DNA from: an uncultured delta proteobacterium
GTDB lineage: Bacteria; Desulfobacterota; Binatia; UBA9968
Direction: 5' to 3'
DNA length: 64,000 nt
NCBI GenBank assembly: GCA_963760795.1
Contig: CAVXEP010000015.1
Coordinates: forward strand, 96,001 to 160,000
A program made the translations under genes and the position numbers. The notes beneath the pieces are model-generated. The model had not been told where the DNA came from. It saw nothing but the letters and a program-made list of their open reading frames with translations, and did not search any database. Shown here piece by piece: positions 10,493-20,477 of the stretch. Numbering within the stretch: position 1 is the first letter of the stretch; every line of letters starts with the position of its first letter.

Positions 10493-11365
10493 TCAAATTT
10501 GTGAAGCACCTTCATTCGCTTTCATCGCCGCGCGCTTCACTAACGTCTTCACGATCGCGCGCTTGTAATGCTCCGAGCCGCGCAGATCGCTCGTGGGGCT
10601 GCATTCTTGCGACGCGAGCGAACCTGCTTCTTCCGCTAACTGCGGCGTGAGTTTTTTTCCATTGATCAACGCCTCGGCATTGCGCGCGCGCACCGGCGTC
10701 GCGCCGACACAGCCAAGCACGATGCGCGCGGTCTGAATCGTCGCATCCGAATTCACTGTCAGCCGCACCGCCACGCCTGCGCACGGCTTGTCGACCACCG
10801 AGCTGCTGGAGAAGCGAATGTATTCGATGCCCGAACGCGCAGGCAGCGGCGGCAACACAACATGGGTAAGAATCTCGTCTTCTGCCAAGCTGGTCGTGTA
10901 AAAGTCGAGAAACAGTTCTTCAACCGCAATCGTTCTCGGTCCATTGGGACCGGCAATTTTAACCTTGCCGTCGAGGGCGATAAAGATTTGCGCTAGATCC
11001 GTCAGCGCCTCGCCGGAAGCGAGATTGCCGCCCACCGTGCCCATGTTGCGCACGCGGATGTTGGCGACTTCCCGTTCCGCCGCGCACAGCACGGGACATT
11101 GTTCTTGCACCAGCGCGGAAGTTTCGAGCTCGCGGTGGGTCACCAGCGCGCCGATGGCCAAGCCTTCACTTGCATCGAAGCGGATGCCTTTAAGCTCGGC
11201 AATCTTTTTGATGTTGATTAGTGACGCCGGTTCCAACAATCCCTGCTTCATGAGAATGGTCAGATGCGCGCCGCCGGCAAAGACTTTCGCGTCACTGCCA
11301 TGCTGCTTGAGCAGCGCACACGCCTCGGCTACAGTCTGCGGTTCCAGGTAGTCGAAGTTTTTCAT
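10493..11365 (-). CDS. XDH-family FAD-binding medium subunit
   Basis: FDYLEP, AGG, RNMGTVGGNL, DLRGSEHYK. Confidence 0.93.
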   Translation of the reverse strand: MKNFDYLEPQTVAEACALLKQHGSDAKVFAGGAHLTILMKQGLLEPASLINIKKIAELKGIRFDASEGLAIGALVTHRELETSALVQEQCPVLCAAEREVANIRVRNMGTVGGNLASGEALTDLAQIFIALDGKVKIAGPNGPRTIAVEELFLDFYTTSLAEDEILTHVVLPPLPARSGIEYIRFSSSSVVDKPCAGVAVRLTVNSDATIQTARIVLGCVGATPVRARNAEALINGKKLTPQLAEEAGSLASQECSPTSDLRGSEHYKRAIVKTLVKRAAMKANEGASQI

Positions 11366-11390
11366 TGATGGTCAGTCGGATTAAGATCAT

Positions 11391-11480
11391 CTCTCGCAAA
11401 GGCACCAAGGCGCGAAGTCATAACGAAGAATAATTTTTGCTAGTTTTCCGACCTTGGCGTCTTTGCGTCTTTGGCGAGAG
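11391..11480. repeat. Inverted array of ~9-nt repeats (CGCAAAGGC / CTTTGCGTC type)
   Basis: ctctcgcaaaggcaccaaggcgcgaag ... ccttggcgtctttgcgtctttggcgagag. Confidence 0.75.
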
Positions 11481-11497
11481 TAATTCCTTTTCCGATA

Positions 11498-12844
11498 TTA
11501 TATATACTTCACCTGATCGACGCCGGGGATCTCGACCTTCTCGAAGCGCCAGTGTTCTTTCAACGGCGCGGTGGCGTCGATGCCCATGCCCGCGGTGACC
11601 CGCGCTTCGGGGCAGGATGGGTCGAGGGTCGAGCAGGCGATGCGCGGGATGACGATTAAATCCTTATCCGCCTGAAAGCGCGTCGCCATCGCCCAGTCGA
11701 CTTGCATCGGATCGAAGGGATCGATGTCGTCGTCGACGACGATCACTTGCTTCAAACCGATGCCCATGGACAACAGCGCGAGAATGACGTTGCGCCCTTC
11801 GTTCTCCGCGCGCTTCTTGATCGCCACCACGACATGATGGCGAAACGTCCCGCCCGGCGTCATGTTGACGCCTTTGACTTCCGGGACGATTTTTTTCACT
11901 TCACGATGGACCACCGCGGCGTTGCCGTATTCGATCAGCGTGTGGTTTTCCGTCACCGGCATGCCGGTGAGCGCGGTCTGCCAGATCGGCTGCTTGCGCA
12001 TGGTGATCGCGGTCACCTTCAACACTGGCGCCTGCTTGGCGTCGCTATAACAGCCGGGATACTCACCGTAAGGACCGTCCGGCACGCGCTCGCCGGGGAT
12101 CGTCACGCCTTCGATGATCACCTCCGCCATGGCCGGCACTTCGACATCGATGGTTTCGCATTTCACCAGCTTCACCGCGCCGCCGCGCAGGCCACCGGCG
12201 ACGTGAAATTCGTCGATGCCGTAGGGCACCCGTGCTTGCGACGCAACGACGATCGACGGCTCCACCCCCACTGCGGTGGCGACCGCCAATCCCTTGCCAT
12301 TTTCCTCGGCCTTCAAAATCATCCGGCCGAGATGGTGGTCGGCCGGCGCCCAGAGCGATAACTTGTCTTTGCCCAACACCAGCATGCGGTGGACGGAAAG
12401 ATTGCGAATGCCGGTGTCAGGATCTTTGCCGATCTGCATGCCGATGGTGACGTAGGGGCCGCAGTCTTTGGTCGCGTGGGTGACGATGGGGAGCTTGGTC
12501 AGGTCGATTTGCTCGCCGGTCCATTTGATTTCCTTGCACGGACCGGTGGCAACGATCTCAGGCGGGATGCGCTTGTCTTCCAAGGTCATATAGCGCTCGA
12601 GCAGCTCGTCCTGCGGCACGCCGAGACCAAGAGCAACGAGTTTGCGCGTCGCGAACAAACCGCCGAGCACGCGCCAGTCGGGATAGTTTTTCACGTTTTC
12701 GAACAGCAGCGCCGGCCCTTCGATGTCCGAGGTCTTGCGCATGCCCGCGGCGATCTCATGCTTGACGCTGACCTCGTCTTTAACCAGCTTCAACTGCCCC
12801 AAGTCTTCCAGGTGGGCGAGAAAGCTTCTTAGATCTTCAAACAT
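11498..12844 (-). CDS. UbiD-family (prFMN) decarboxylase
   Basis: DLRSFL, GPALLFE, NLSVHR, DGPYGEY, VVDDDID, LDPS, GIDAT. Confidence 0.93.
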   Translation of the reverse strand: MFEDLRSFLAHLEDLGQLKLVKDEVSVKHEIAAGMRKTSDIEGPALLFENVKNYPDWRVLGGLFATRKLVALGLGVPQDELLERYMTLEDKRIPPEIVATGPCKEIKWTGEQIDLTKLPIVTHATKDCGPYVTIGMQIGKDPDTGIRNLSVHRMLVLGKDKLSLWAPADHHLGRMILKAEENGKGLAVATAVGVEPSIVVASQARVPYGIDEFHVAGGLRGGAVKLVKCETIDVEVPAMAEVIIEGVTIPGERVPDGPYGEYPGCYSDAKQAPVLKVTAITMRKQPIWQTALTGMPVTENHTLIEYGNAAVVHREVKKIVPEVKGVNMTPGGTFRHHVVVAIKKRAENEGRNVILALLSMGIGLKQVIVVDDDIDPFDPMQVDWAMATRFQADKDLIVIPRIACSTLDPSCPEARVTAGMGIDATAPLKEHWRFEKVEIPGVDQVKYI

Positions 12845-12866
12845 GGAAACCCCTCAAACTTCCAAA

Positions 12867-12954
12867 TTGGAGTGGTGGAGTATTGGAGTGATGGAATGTT
12901 GGGTAGGAAATCCGGAACCCATTACTCCAACACTCCAGTACTCCATTACTCCAA
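12867..12954. repeat. Inverted array of 8-nt repeats (TGGAGTRN / NYACTCCA)
   Basis: ttggagtggtggagtattggagtgatgg ... ccattactccaacactccagtactccattactccaa. Confidence 0.85.
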
Positions 12955-12957
12955 CCT

Positions 12958-13941
12958 TCAGCCCATCCGCAACAGCGGCAGCACTTCGTCGACAAATCGC
13001 TTCACCTGCCCCGGCTGATCCTGAGCGGTGAAACGCAGCACCGGCGTGGTGATACCCATGTCGAGCCATTGTTGGATTAATTTCGCGCAATCTTTCGGCG
13101 CACCGTGAGCGAGCCAGACCTTGATCAGGCTATCCGGCGGATAGTTCGGACCGTAATAATGATTGAAGTAATCCTTGGACTGCTGATAAGCCAATGCCCT
13201 GTCGTCGTTGATGTTGACCATGCCGTGGATGGCAACTTCAAAGTTGGACAAATCCTTGCCAATCTCCTGGGCAGTCTGCTCAATAACTATCAGACGCTTG
13301 GCCAATTCTTCGGCAGTGACGCCCATGGTAATGTAACCGTCGGCGAGGCGACCGACGCGACGCATCGCTTGATCAACGATGCTGTCGCCCACCTGCTCAC
13401 GGTCGGGACTGACAGCGATCCAGATCGGCGGCGGCTTTTGTACCGGCTTGGGCACGATGTTGTAGTCGTCGAGAGTGTAATACTTGCCGTGAAACGAAGT
13501 ATTCCGGTCGCTCCAAATCTGCCGCAACAGCTCGATCCCTTCGCGCATGCGGCCGACCCGTTCTTCTTTTTTCACGCCGAAAGCGCGCAGCTCGCCGTCA
13601 TGACCGCCGCCGATGCAGACACCGAGCAGCGAGCGGCCTTGAGAGAGCTGGTCCAACGACGCCCACTGAATCGCCAACAAGACCGGATGACGCACCGGGA
13701 ACGACGCCATGCAAATGGTGCCGAGCCGAACCTTCTTGGTATGGGTCGCCACCGCCGCGAGCATGGTAATTGCTTCAAGCCGTGGTTTATGAATCAAACT
13801 ATCGCCAAACCATACCGACTCGAAGACACCGGATTGCTCAGCCAGGACCGCAGTGTGAATCAGTTCCTCGACGTCGGTGAGACCGAACAGCGCGCCACGG
13901 TTGGGCAGGCTGATGCCCCATTTCACCGGCAGCTTAACCAT
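12958..13941 (-). CDS. LLM (luciferase-like) flavin-dependent oxidoreductase
   Basis: ESVWFGDS, RLGT, SLDQLSQGR, PKPVQKPPPIW. Confidence 0.92.
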   Translation of the reverse strand: MVKLPVKWGISLPNRGALFGLTDVEELIHTAVLAEQSGVFESVWFGDSLIHKPRLEAITMLAAVATHTKKVRLGTICMASFPVRHPVLLAIQWASLDQLSQGRSLLGVCIGGGHDGELRAFGVKKEERVGRMREGIELLRQIWSDRNTSFHGKYYTLDDYNIVPKPVQKPPPIWIAVSPDREQVGDSIVDQAMRRVGRLADGYITMGVTAEELAKRLIVIEQTAQEIGKDLSNFEVAIHGMVNINDDRALAYQQSKDYFNHYYGPNYPPDSLIKVWLAHGAPKDCAKLIQQWLDMGITTPVLRFTAQDQPGQVKRFVDEVLPLLRMG

Positions 13942-14090
13942 GGCTTTGTGTTAGAAGAACCGTCACAGGGAGTCAAGCCAATCTTGGCTTGACAGAAACA
14001 GACATTTGCGAGCATAGCATACTCAGCGCGCTCGCCCGCGACGGCCAGCGTTCAGCGATTTTCACCTCAAGAAACCGGAGGTTCATGGCC

Positions 14091-15524
14091 ATGTCAAAAG
14101 ATCTGCGCAGTTATCTCGATGAGTTGTTGGAGAAGCGTCCCAAGGATGTCGTCGTCGTCGACAAGGAAGTCGATCCGGTTTACGAAGTCACCGCCATCGT
14201 CGAAAAATTTGAACGTGAGAATAAATTCCCCTTGGTGTTTTTCAAAAACGTCAAGGGTTCCAAGATCCCGGCGATCGTCAACCTCGGCGCCACCTACGAG
14301 CGCTTGGCCTTGGCGCTCGGTTCGCCCAACGTGCCGCAAATGGTCCGAGACCTGGCCCATCGGGAACATAACCCGCGGCCGGTAAAAGAAGTCGCCGCCA
14401 AGGACGCTCCTTGTAAAGAAGTAATCCTCAAAGGCGATCAAGTCGACCTCGATCTGTTCCCCGTCTTGACCCATAACGAAGGCGATGCCGGCGCCTACAT
14501 CAACGCCGCGGCGTTGATCTGCAAAGAACGTGGCACCGGCGCGGTGAACGTCGGCATCTATCGCCATCAAAAACAGGGCAAACGACAACTCGGCTTGATG
14601 GTCAATCCGGCCAACCATGCCAACTACGTGCGCGCCGAATACGAAGATCACAACGAGCCGATGGAAGTCGCGCTCTGCATCGGCCACCATCCGGCGCTCA
14701 ACATGGCGGCGGTCAGCAAGCAAGCCGGCGTCGGTTCCGAACTGGAGATCGCCGGCGCATTCCTCGGTGAGCCCTTGGAAGTCGTTAAAGCCGAGACCGT
14801 CAATCTGCTGGTGCCGGCCCATTGCGAGATCATCATCGAAGGCATCGTGCCGCCCAAGAAGCGCCATTACGAAGGCCCATTCGGTGAATGGCCGCACTAC
14901 TATTACAAGGAGGGCGAGCAGCCCTACATCGAGGTGACCGCCATCACCATGAAGAAAAATCCGATCTACCAGAGCATTCACAGCGCCCACATCGAACACA
15001 ACATCATCGGCGCCGCGCCGCGGCTCGGCAGTCTGCTCAAACGGGTGCAAGAAGTCGTGCCCAGCACCACTGCGGTCAACCTGCCGATCTCCGGCGCCGC
15101 CCGCTCGCATTGCTACATCTCGGTGAAAAAACGCGCCGAGGGGGATCCCAAGCAAGCAGCCCTGGGCGCCATCGTCACCGATCCGAATATCAAACATGTC
15201 ATCGTCGTCGACGACGATGTCGATGTCTTCAACGAAAACCAAGTGCTGTGGGCATTGGCGATGCGGTTCCAAGCCGACCGCGACTTGGTGATCATCCCGA
15301 ACATCATCGGCTCGCACTTGAACCCCACCGCCTACGGCTACAACCGTATGGAGCGCGGCCCGATGGAGACCAAACTAATTTTCGACGCCACCAAACCGCT
15401 GCCGCCCTACGACTTCCCCAAAGAAGCCCAGGCGCCTGACGCGGTATTGAACAAGATCGATCTTAATCGCGACACCCGCCCCTACGAGCCGGGCAAGGAC
15501 GACAAAATCATCACGGGCAAGTAG
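14091..15524 (+). CDS. UbiD-family (prFMN) decarboxylase, second paralog
   Basis: DLRSYL, NVGIYR, EGPFGEW, VVDDDVD, FDATKP; GGAGG upstream. Confidence 0.93.
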   Translation: MSKDLRSYLDELLEKRPKDVVVVDKEVDPVYEVTAIVEKFERENKFPLVFFKNVKGSKIPAIVNLGATYERLALALGSPNVPQMVRDLAHREHNPRPVKEVAAKDAPCKEVILKGDQVDLDLFPVLTHNEGDAGAYINAAALICKERGTGAVNVGIYRHQKQGKRQLGLMVNPANHANYVRAEYEDHNEPMEVALCIGHHPALNMAAVSKQAGVGSELEIAGAFLGEPLEVVKAETVNLLVPAHCEIIIEGIVPPKKRHYEGPFGEWPHYYYKEGEQPYIEVTAITMKKNPIYQSIHSAHIEHNIIGAAPRLGSLLKRVQEVVPSTTAVNLPISGAARSHCYISVKKRAEGDPKQAALGAIVTDPNIKHVIVVDDDVDVFNENQVLWALAMRFQADRDLVIIPNIIGSHLNPTAYGYNRMERGPMETKLIFDATKPLPPYDFPKEAQAPDAVLNKIDLNRDTRPYEPGKDDKIITGK

Positions 15525-15544
15525 CAGCCGAGTCAATGATCGGT

Positions 15545-15623
15545 ATTCCAAATTACAGATTACAAATTCCAAAAGCAGAATCTGGAATATGGAGTCTGGA
15601 ATATGGAATGTGAAATTTGCAAT
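15545..15623. repeat. Inverted array of 7-nt repeats (ATTCCAA/ATTACAG vs TCTGGAA/TATGGAA)
   Basis: attccaaattacagattacaaattcca ... tctggaatatggagtctggaatatggaat. Confidence 0.85.
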
Positions 15624-15643
15624 TCCCTGCGCAGCGAGGACGC

Positions 15644-16432
15644 ATGGTAGAAATCGAGCGGGTCTCGAAAAGTTTTCACAAGACCGTCAAGGAGCACACC
15701 ACCGAGGTAAAAGCTCTGGCGGAAGTGAATCTTTCGATCCGCGCAAACGAGTTTTTGAGCATCATCGGTCCGAGCGGCTGCGGCAAGACGACGCTGCTCA
15801 AGATGATCGACGGTCTGATTCCCTACGACAGCGGCAAGATTTCCATCGCTGGCAAGCTAGTCACCGCGCCCGGTCCGGACCGCGCCGTAGTCTTTCAAAC
15901 CTTCGCGCTACTGCCATGGCGCACGGTGTTGGCTAATGTCGAGTTCAGTCTCGAGCTGCGCCAGATCGGCGCCCAGGAACGCACCGAGATCGCCCGCGAT
16001 TGCTTGCAGCGCGTCGGCTTGAGCGATTTTGAAACCCACTATCCCCACGAGCTCTCCGGCGGCATGCAGCAGCGCGCCGGTCTCGCCCGCGCCCTGGCGG
16101 TCAATCCGTCGATCTTGTTGATGGACGAGCCCTTCGGCGCCGTCGACGCCCAGACCCGCCAGTTATTACAGGAAGAGTTGCTCGAACTCTGGCAGCGCGA
16201 GCGCAAGACCGTGATCTTCATCACTCACAGCATGGACGAAGCGGTCTACCTATCCGACCGCGTCGTCGTCATGACGCCGCGGCCAGGCCATGTCGCCGAA
16301 GTCCTCGATGTCCCGCTGGCGCGTCCGCGCAGCGCCGAAGCAGTCCGGCGCGAGCCCAAGTTCGTCGAGTTGACCAATTACATCTGGGATAGCCTCAAGA
16401 AAGCGATGGAGAATGGCCATGCAAGCACGTGA
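15644..16432 (+). CDS. ABC transporter ATPase (NitT/TauT family)
   Basis: GPSGCGKT, LSGGMQQR, LLMDEPF, H-loop. Confidence 0.95.
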   Translation: MVEIERVSKSFHKTVKEHTTEVKALAEVNLSIRANEFLSIIGPSGCGKTTLLKMIDGLIPYDSGKISIAGKLVTAPGPDRAVVFQTFALLPWRTVLANVEFSLELRQIGAQERTEIARDCLQRVGLSDFETHYPHELSGGMQQRAGLARALAVNPSILLMDEPFGAVDAQTRQLLQEELLELWQRERKTVIFITHSMDEAVYLSDRVVVMTPRPGHVAEVLDVPLARPRSAEAVRREPKFVELTNYIWDSLKKAMENGHAST

Positions 16433-16496
16433 CGCTCGCTGCCGTCACGAAGGTAAGATTCTGAACCTATGGCGCAATTCGCAAAAGTCCGATTGC

Positions 16497-16643
16497 TGCC
16501 ATCCCGAGCAGGCGAGGGATCTCGTCTTTTCTGCCACTTACGAAGACGAGATTCCTCGGCGGAGTTTATCCTGAGCAACGTCGAAGGGCCTCGGAAGGAC
16601 AGTTGCGACACAGTCTCTTGCGGGAGAAGGTGAGGATGAGGGT
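16497..16643. repeat. Composite REP-like palindromic element
   Basis: catcccgag..cgagggatctc ... gagattcctcg, nested cctgag..gtcgaaggg, then gggagaaggtgaggatgaggg; first module recurs at 56820. Confidence 0.65.
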
Positions 16644-16666
16644 ACGACCAATGAGGGGTAAGGCAA

Positions 16667-17422
16667 TTGCATAGCCAATTCAAAATGAATGCGCTGTCGA
16701 TCCTCTCCCTCGCCGCGGTTTGGGAAATCGCCGGGCGCATGGCCGACTCGACGCTGATCCCGCCGCTAACGCAAATCGCCGCAGCCTGGTACAAACTATT
16801 GCTTGGCGGCAAGCTCCTGCCCAATCTCGGCGCCAGCCTCTGGACCATGGTCGTCGGCTTTGTCCTGGCGGTCTTAGTCGGCATCGTCATCGGCCTGCTC
16901 ATGGGCCGCTTCCGCGCCGTCGAGCATTTTCTCGATCTTTATGTCAACGCCCTGATGTCGGCGCCCACCACCGCCTTCGTGCCCGTGCTGATCCTCTGGT
17001 TCGGTCTCGGCGTGCAATCGCGCATCGCCGTGGTCTTTCTCTTCGCCGTGTTCGTCGTCATCATCAACACCATGACCGGCGTCAAACAGGTCGACCGTGT
17101 GCTGCTTGAGATGGCGCGTTCCTTCGGCGCCAGGGAGAAAGAAACGTTTTTAAAAATCATTCTGCCCGCCGCCATGCCGGCGATCATGGCCGGTGTCCGC
17201 CTCGCCATGGGACGCGCGGTCAAAGGCATCGTCACCGCGGAGATGCTGCTGACCCTCACCGGCATCGGCGCCATGATCATGCAATATGGCTCGGCCTTCG
17301 CCACCGACGCGCTGTTCGCCGTGATCTTGACGATTTTAATCGTCGCCATGATCGCCATGAAGCTGGTCCAATTGCTCGATCGTCGTCTCACCGGCTGGAA
17401 AGTCGAAGTCGCCATTGAATAG
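16667..17422 (+). CDS. ABC transporter permease (NitT/TauT)
   Basis: TM segments; EAA-like LEMARSFGA...KIILPAAMP. Confidence 0.93.
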   Translation: MHSQFKMNALSILSLAAVWEIAGRMADSTLIPPLTQIAAAWYKLLLGGKLLPNLGASLWTMVVGFVLAVLVGIVIGLLMGRFRAVEHFLDLYVNALMSAPTTAFVPVLILWFGLGVQSRIAVVFLFAVFVVIINTMTGVKQVDRVLLEMARSFGAREKETFLKIILPAAMPAIMAGVRLAMGRAVKGIVTAEMLLTLTGIGAMIMQYGSAFATDALFAVILTILIVAMIAMKLVQLLDRRLTGWKVEVAIE

Positions 17423-17446
17423 TCGATTAAACCAGGAGGGATTCCT

Positions 17447-18430
17447 ATGACCAGGTCACTCGTAAGATTATCCGCCCTACTGATCGTGCTTGCCGTCGGA
17501 GTCGCGATGACCGGACCGGCACAAGCGCAGAAAAAAGTCCGCTTCGCTTACCCATCGTCGGCCGACATGGGTGACGTACCGTCACTGCTCGCTTGGGAAC
17601 AGCTCAAGAAACAGGGCATCGAAGTGGTGCCGGTTTTTTTCCCGAGAACCGATCTCGCCGTCCAAGCGGTGGTCGCCGGCGAAGCCGATATTGGCTCCGC
17701 CGCCGGCATCGCCGTCATCAAGGCGGTGGAAAGCGGCATGAACGTCAGGGTAATCGGCGAACAAGTGCGCAACGAATGGCAACTGGTAACGCCGGTGTCG
17801 ATCAAAGACCCCAAGCAGCTCGACGGCAAGCGGGTCGGTTACCATGCGCCGATCACCGTCACCGAGGCGCTGGTCAAATGGATGGCGCAGCACTACAAGA
17901 TCGCGCCCAACTGGCTGATTATTCCCGGCTCGGATGTGCGCGCCGAAGCGATCATGCGCGGCCAGCTCGACGCCACCCCGGCGGAGATCGTCGACGTGCT
18001 GAATATTTTGAACGCCAAGCCCGGCCAGTTTCATGTCTTAATCTCTTACGCCAAGATCTTCCCGCAACTGATCGGCTCCATGTACTTTGCCCGCGCCGAT
18101 TACTTGCAAAAAGAAAGCGCCGCCGTCGATAGCGTGATGGAAGCGCTCCTGCGCGCCCACCGCAACGCCGAAGAACGGCCGGCGTCGGTGCGCGAAAACG
18201 CGCTCAGGCTGCTGCCCGAGACCAAACCTGAACTGATCGACGCCATCGCTGCGAATTACAAAGACCTGCGCATCTGGGATATCAACGGCGGCGCCGGTAA
18301 AGAGCGCGGCGATGCCAGCATCAAGTTTTTCGAGGATGCCGGACTGCTGAAGAAAGGCGCGGTGAGCTTCGCGCAATCCTTCGACACCGGCTCCCTCGAC
18401 CGCGTGCTCAAGAAGATCGGCCGAAAATAA
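17447..18430 (+). CDS. ABC substrate-binding protein (SsuA/NMT1-like)
   Basis: Signal peptide ending AQA; LDGKRVG; between permeases. Confidence 0.9.
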   Translation: MTRSLVRLSALLIVLAVGVAMTGPAQAQKKVRFAYPSSADMGDVPSLLAWEQLKKQGIEVVPVFFPRTDLAVQAVVAGEADIGSAAGIAVIKAVESGMNVRVIGEQVRNEWQLVTPVSIKDPKQLDGKRVGYHAPITVTEALVKWMAQHYKIAPNWLIIPGSDVRAEAIMRGQLDATPAEIVDVLNILNAKPGQFHVLISYAKIFPQLIGSMYFARADYLQKESAAVDSVMEALLRAHRNAEERPASVRENALRLLPETKPELIDAIAANYKDLRIWDINGGAGKERGDASIKFFEDAGLLKKGAVSFAQSFDTGSLDRVLKKIGRK

Positions 18431-18467
18431 ACGCTCGCATCGATTCACGACCGCATGTGACGCATTC

Positions 18468-18496
18468 GCAAGGGCGGGTTTGAAACCCGCCCTTGC
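18468..18496. repeat. REP-like palindrome
   Basis: gcaagggcgggtttgaaacccgcccttgc; same core at ~40928. Confidence 0.8.
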
Positions 18497-18511
18497 ATGG
18501 GCGACGACGAA

Positions 18512-19255
18512 ATGAAACCCAACACGCTCAGACTGCTCTCCCTCATCACCCTTGGCGCGGCCTGGGAGATCGCCGGCCGCACCGGCAACGCCCGCTTGCT
18601 GCCGCCGATCTCGAAAGTCCTGAGCGCGTGGTTCGACCTGCTCGTCTCCGGCCAACTCTTTCAAGCCCTCGGCGTAAGCTTGCAGGCGCTCACCATCGGT
18701 TTCGTTCTCTCGGTACTGTTCGGTGTCCCGCTGGGGTTGCTCATGGGCCGCTACCGCCGGCTCGAAGCTTTTCTCGATATCTACATGACCGCCCTGCTCA
18801 CGGTGCCGATGATTTCGTTCATCCCATTTTTAGTCATCGCCTTCGGCCTCGGCCTCCACTCGCGAGTCTGGATCGTTTTTCTGTTCGCCTTCGTCATCAT
18901 CGCCATCAACACCACCGCCGGCGTGCGCAACGTCGATCCGACGCTGACCGAAATGGCCAAGTCCTTCGGCGCCAAAGAGAGTGAGCTATTTTTAAAAATT
19001 ATCCTGCCCGCCGCTCTGCCGATGATCATGGCCGGAATTCGTCTCGGCATGGGACGCGCGGTGTTGGGCATGGTCACCAGCGAAATGATTCTCGCCGTGG
19101 TCGGCTTTGGCGCCATGCTGATGACTTTTAGCGCGTCGTTCAATTCGGCGGCGCTGTTTGCGACGATTCTGACGATTGTCCTGCTCGCCGTGGCATTGTT
19201 GGCATTGATTCAAAACCTCGACCGCCGTTTAACGCCCTGGCGTGCGGCCGCGTGA
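18512..19255 (+). CDS. ABC transporter permease (NitT/TauT)
   Basis: Paralog of 16667 gene; EMAKSFGA...KIILPAALP. Confidence 0.93.
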   Translation: MKPNTLRLLSLITLGAAWEIAGRTGNARLLPPISKVLSAWFDLLVSGQLFQALGVSLQALTIGFVLSVLFGVPLGLLMGRYRRLEAFLDIYMTALLTVPMISFIPFLVIAFGLGLHSRVWIVFLFAFVIIAINTTAGVRNVDPTLTEMAKSFGAKESELFLKIILPAALPMIMAGIRLGMGRAVLGMVTSEMILAVVGFGAMLMTFSASFNSAALFATILTIVLLAVALLALIQNLDRRLTPWRAAA

Positions 19256-19350
19256 GGCTTTTTAAATCCGCCGACTTGGGTTACAGATGCACCGAGGCCA
19301 CGGGCCGGCGTTTACCGGTGAATCAGCCCATCCCTGGAGATTATTTCGTG

Positions 19351-20358
19351 ATGAAAAATCGCATCTTGAATAGACCGCTCTCGCTCCTTTGCGCATTCAT
19401 GGCAATTTCGCTGGCGCATTCTCATGCCGGGGCGCAAACGCCAATGGAGAAACTGCGCGTCGCCTACACCGTCATCGCGCCGACCCAGGCGACCGTCTGG
19501 ACCGCCAAAGACCTGGGCCTGTTTGCCAAGCACGGACTCGACGTAGATTTGGTCCTGCTCGTCGGCGCGCCGCTGGCCATCGCCGCCCTGGTCTCGGGGG
19601 AAACACCGATCGTCCATGCCGGAGCTTCCGCAGTGGTCACCAGCAACCTGCAAGGGTCCGGCACCGTGCTGGTTGCGGGCGGGGCCAATCGCTTTCCCTA
19701 CGTGCTTTTCGTCACCGACGAGATCAAACGAGTGGAAGACCTGAGAGGCAAGAAATTTGGCGTCAGCCGCATCGGCAGCGCCGATCACGCCGCGGCAACT
19801 ACCGTTTTCGACAAGCTCGGCGTCAAGGAGACGGAAATCACCTACGTGCAAGCCGGCAATATTCCAGCGCGCCTGGCCGCCATGCAGGGGAACGCGCTGC
19901 AGGCGAGCTTGCTGCAAGCACCGGAAACGCTCAAGGCCAAAGAGCTTGGCTTTCGCGCCCTGCTCGATTTCACCAAGCTCGACGTCGAATGGCAGCAAAA
20001 CGGCGTCGCCGTCACCCGCGACTACATCAAAAAAAGGCCCGACACCGTGCGCCGCTTCTTGCGAGCTTACGTCGAGGGCAGCCATTACAATCTGACCAAT
20101 GCCAGGGGCGCACAGAAAATCCTGCAAAAATATCTGGCGATCAAAGACGAAAAGTCCGTCGAAGAAGCTTACAATGAAATCGTCGTCAAGCTGACCAGAC
20201 GCGTGCCCTATCCGACCGAGCCCGGCATCCAGCTCTTTCTCGACCAACTAAAAGTGAAAAACCCCAAAGCCGGCCAGGCCAAACCGAGTGATTTTACCGA
20301 CGTAAGTTTTTTGAAGGAACTCGAGTCCAGCGGCTACATCGACAAGCTGTATAAGTAG
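19351..20358 (+). CDS. ABC substrate-binding protein (SsuA/NMT1-like)
   Basis: Signal peptide; GLFAKHGLDV, DLRGKKFGVSRIGS. Confidence 0.9.
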   Translation: MKNRILNRPLSLLCAFMAISLAHSHAGAQTPMEKLRVAYTVIAPTQATVWTAKDLGLFAKHGLDVDLVLLVGAPLAIAALVSGETPIVHAGASAVVTSNLQGSGTVLVAGGANRFPYVLFVTDEIKRVEDLRGKKFGVSRIGSADHAAATTVFDKLGVKETEITYVQAGNIPARLAAMQGNALQASLLQAPETLKAKELGFRALLDFTKLDVEWQQNGVAVTRDYIKKRPDTVRRFLRAYVEGSHYNLTNARGAQKILQKYLAIKDEKSVEEAYNEIVVKLTRRVPYPTEPGIQLFLDQLKVKNPKAGQAKPSDFTDVSFLKELESSGYIDKLYK

Positions 20359-20362
20359 AATA

Positions 20363-20436
20363 CGCTCAAGTAGTTCAAACCGTCCGAATCTTTCGCAACG
20401 ATTTGAACGCCTTGAAAGTTTTGAACGGCTTGAACG
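20363..20436. repeat. 9-nt TTGAACGNN repeat array with partial inverted arm
   Basis: gttcaaaccg ... atttgaacgccttgaaagttttgaacggcttgaacg between convergent genes. Confidence 0.7.
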
Positions 20437-20477
20437 AAAACCGTGCAAACGTAAAGCCGTTTGCGAATCCACCAAGG

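Noticed and set aside
7630-11365. Aerobic CO dehydrogenase or 4-hydroxybenzoyl-CoA reductase
   Set aside because: Loop is AFRGFG, not AYRCSFR or AYRGAGR; the FAD subunit lacks the [4Fe-4S] insertion of HcrB.
14094-15317. Long antisense ORFs (also 9006-9995, 13105-13992, 19312-20247)
   Set aside because: Shadows of GC-rich genes on the opposite strand with no recognisable motifs.
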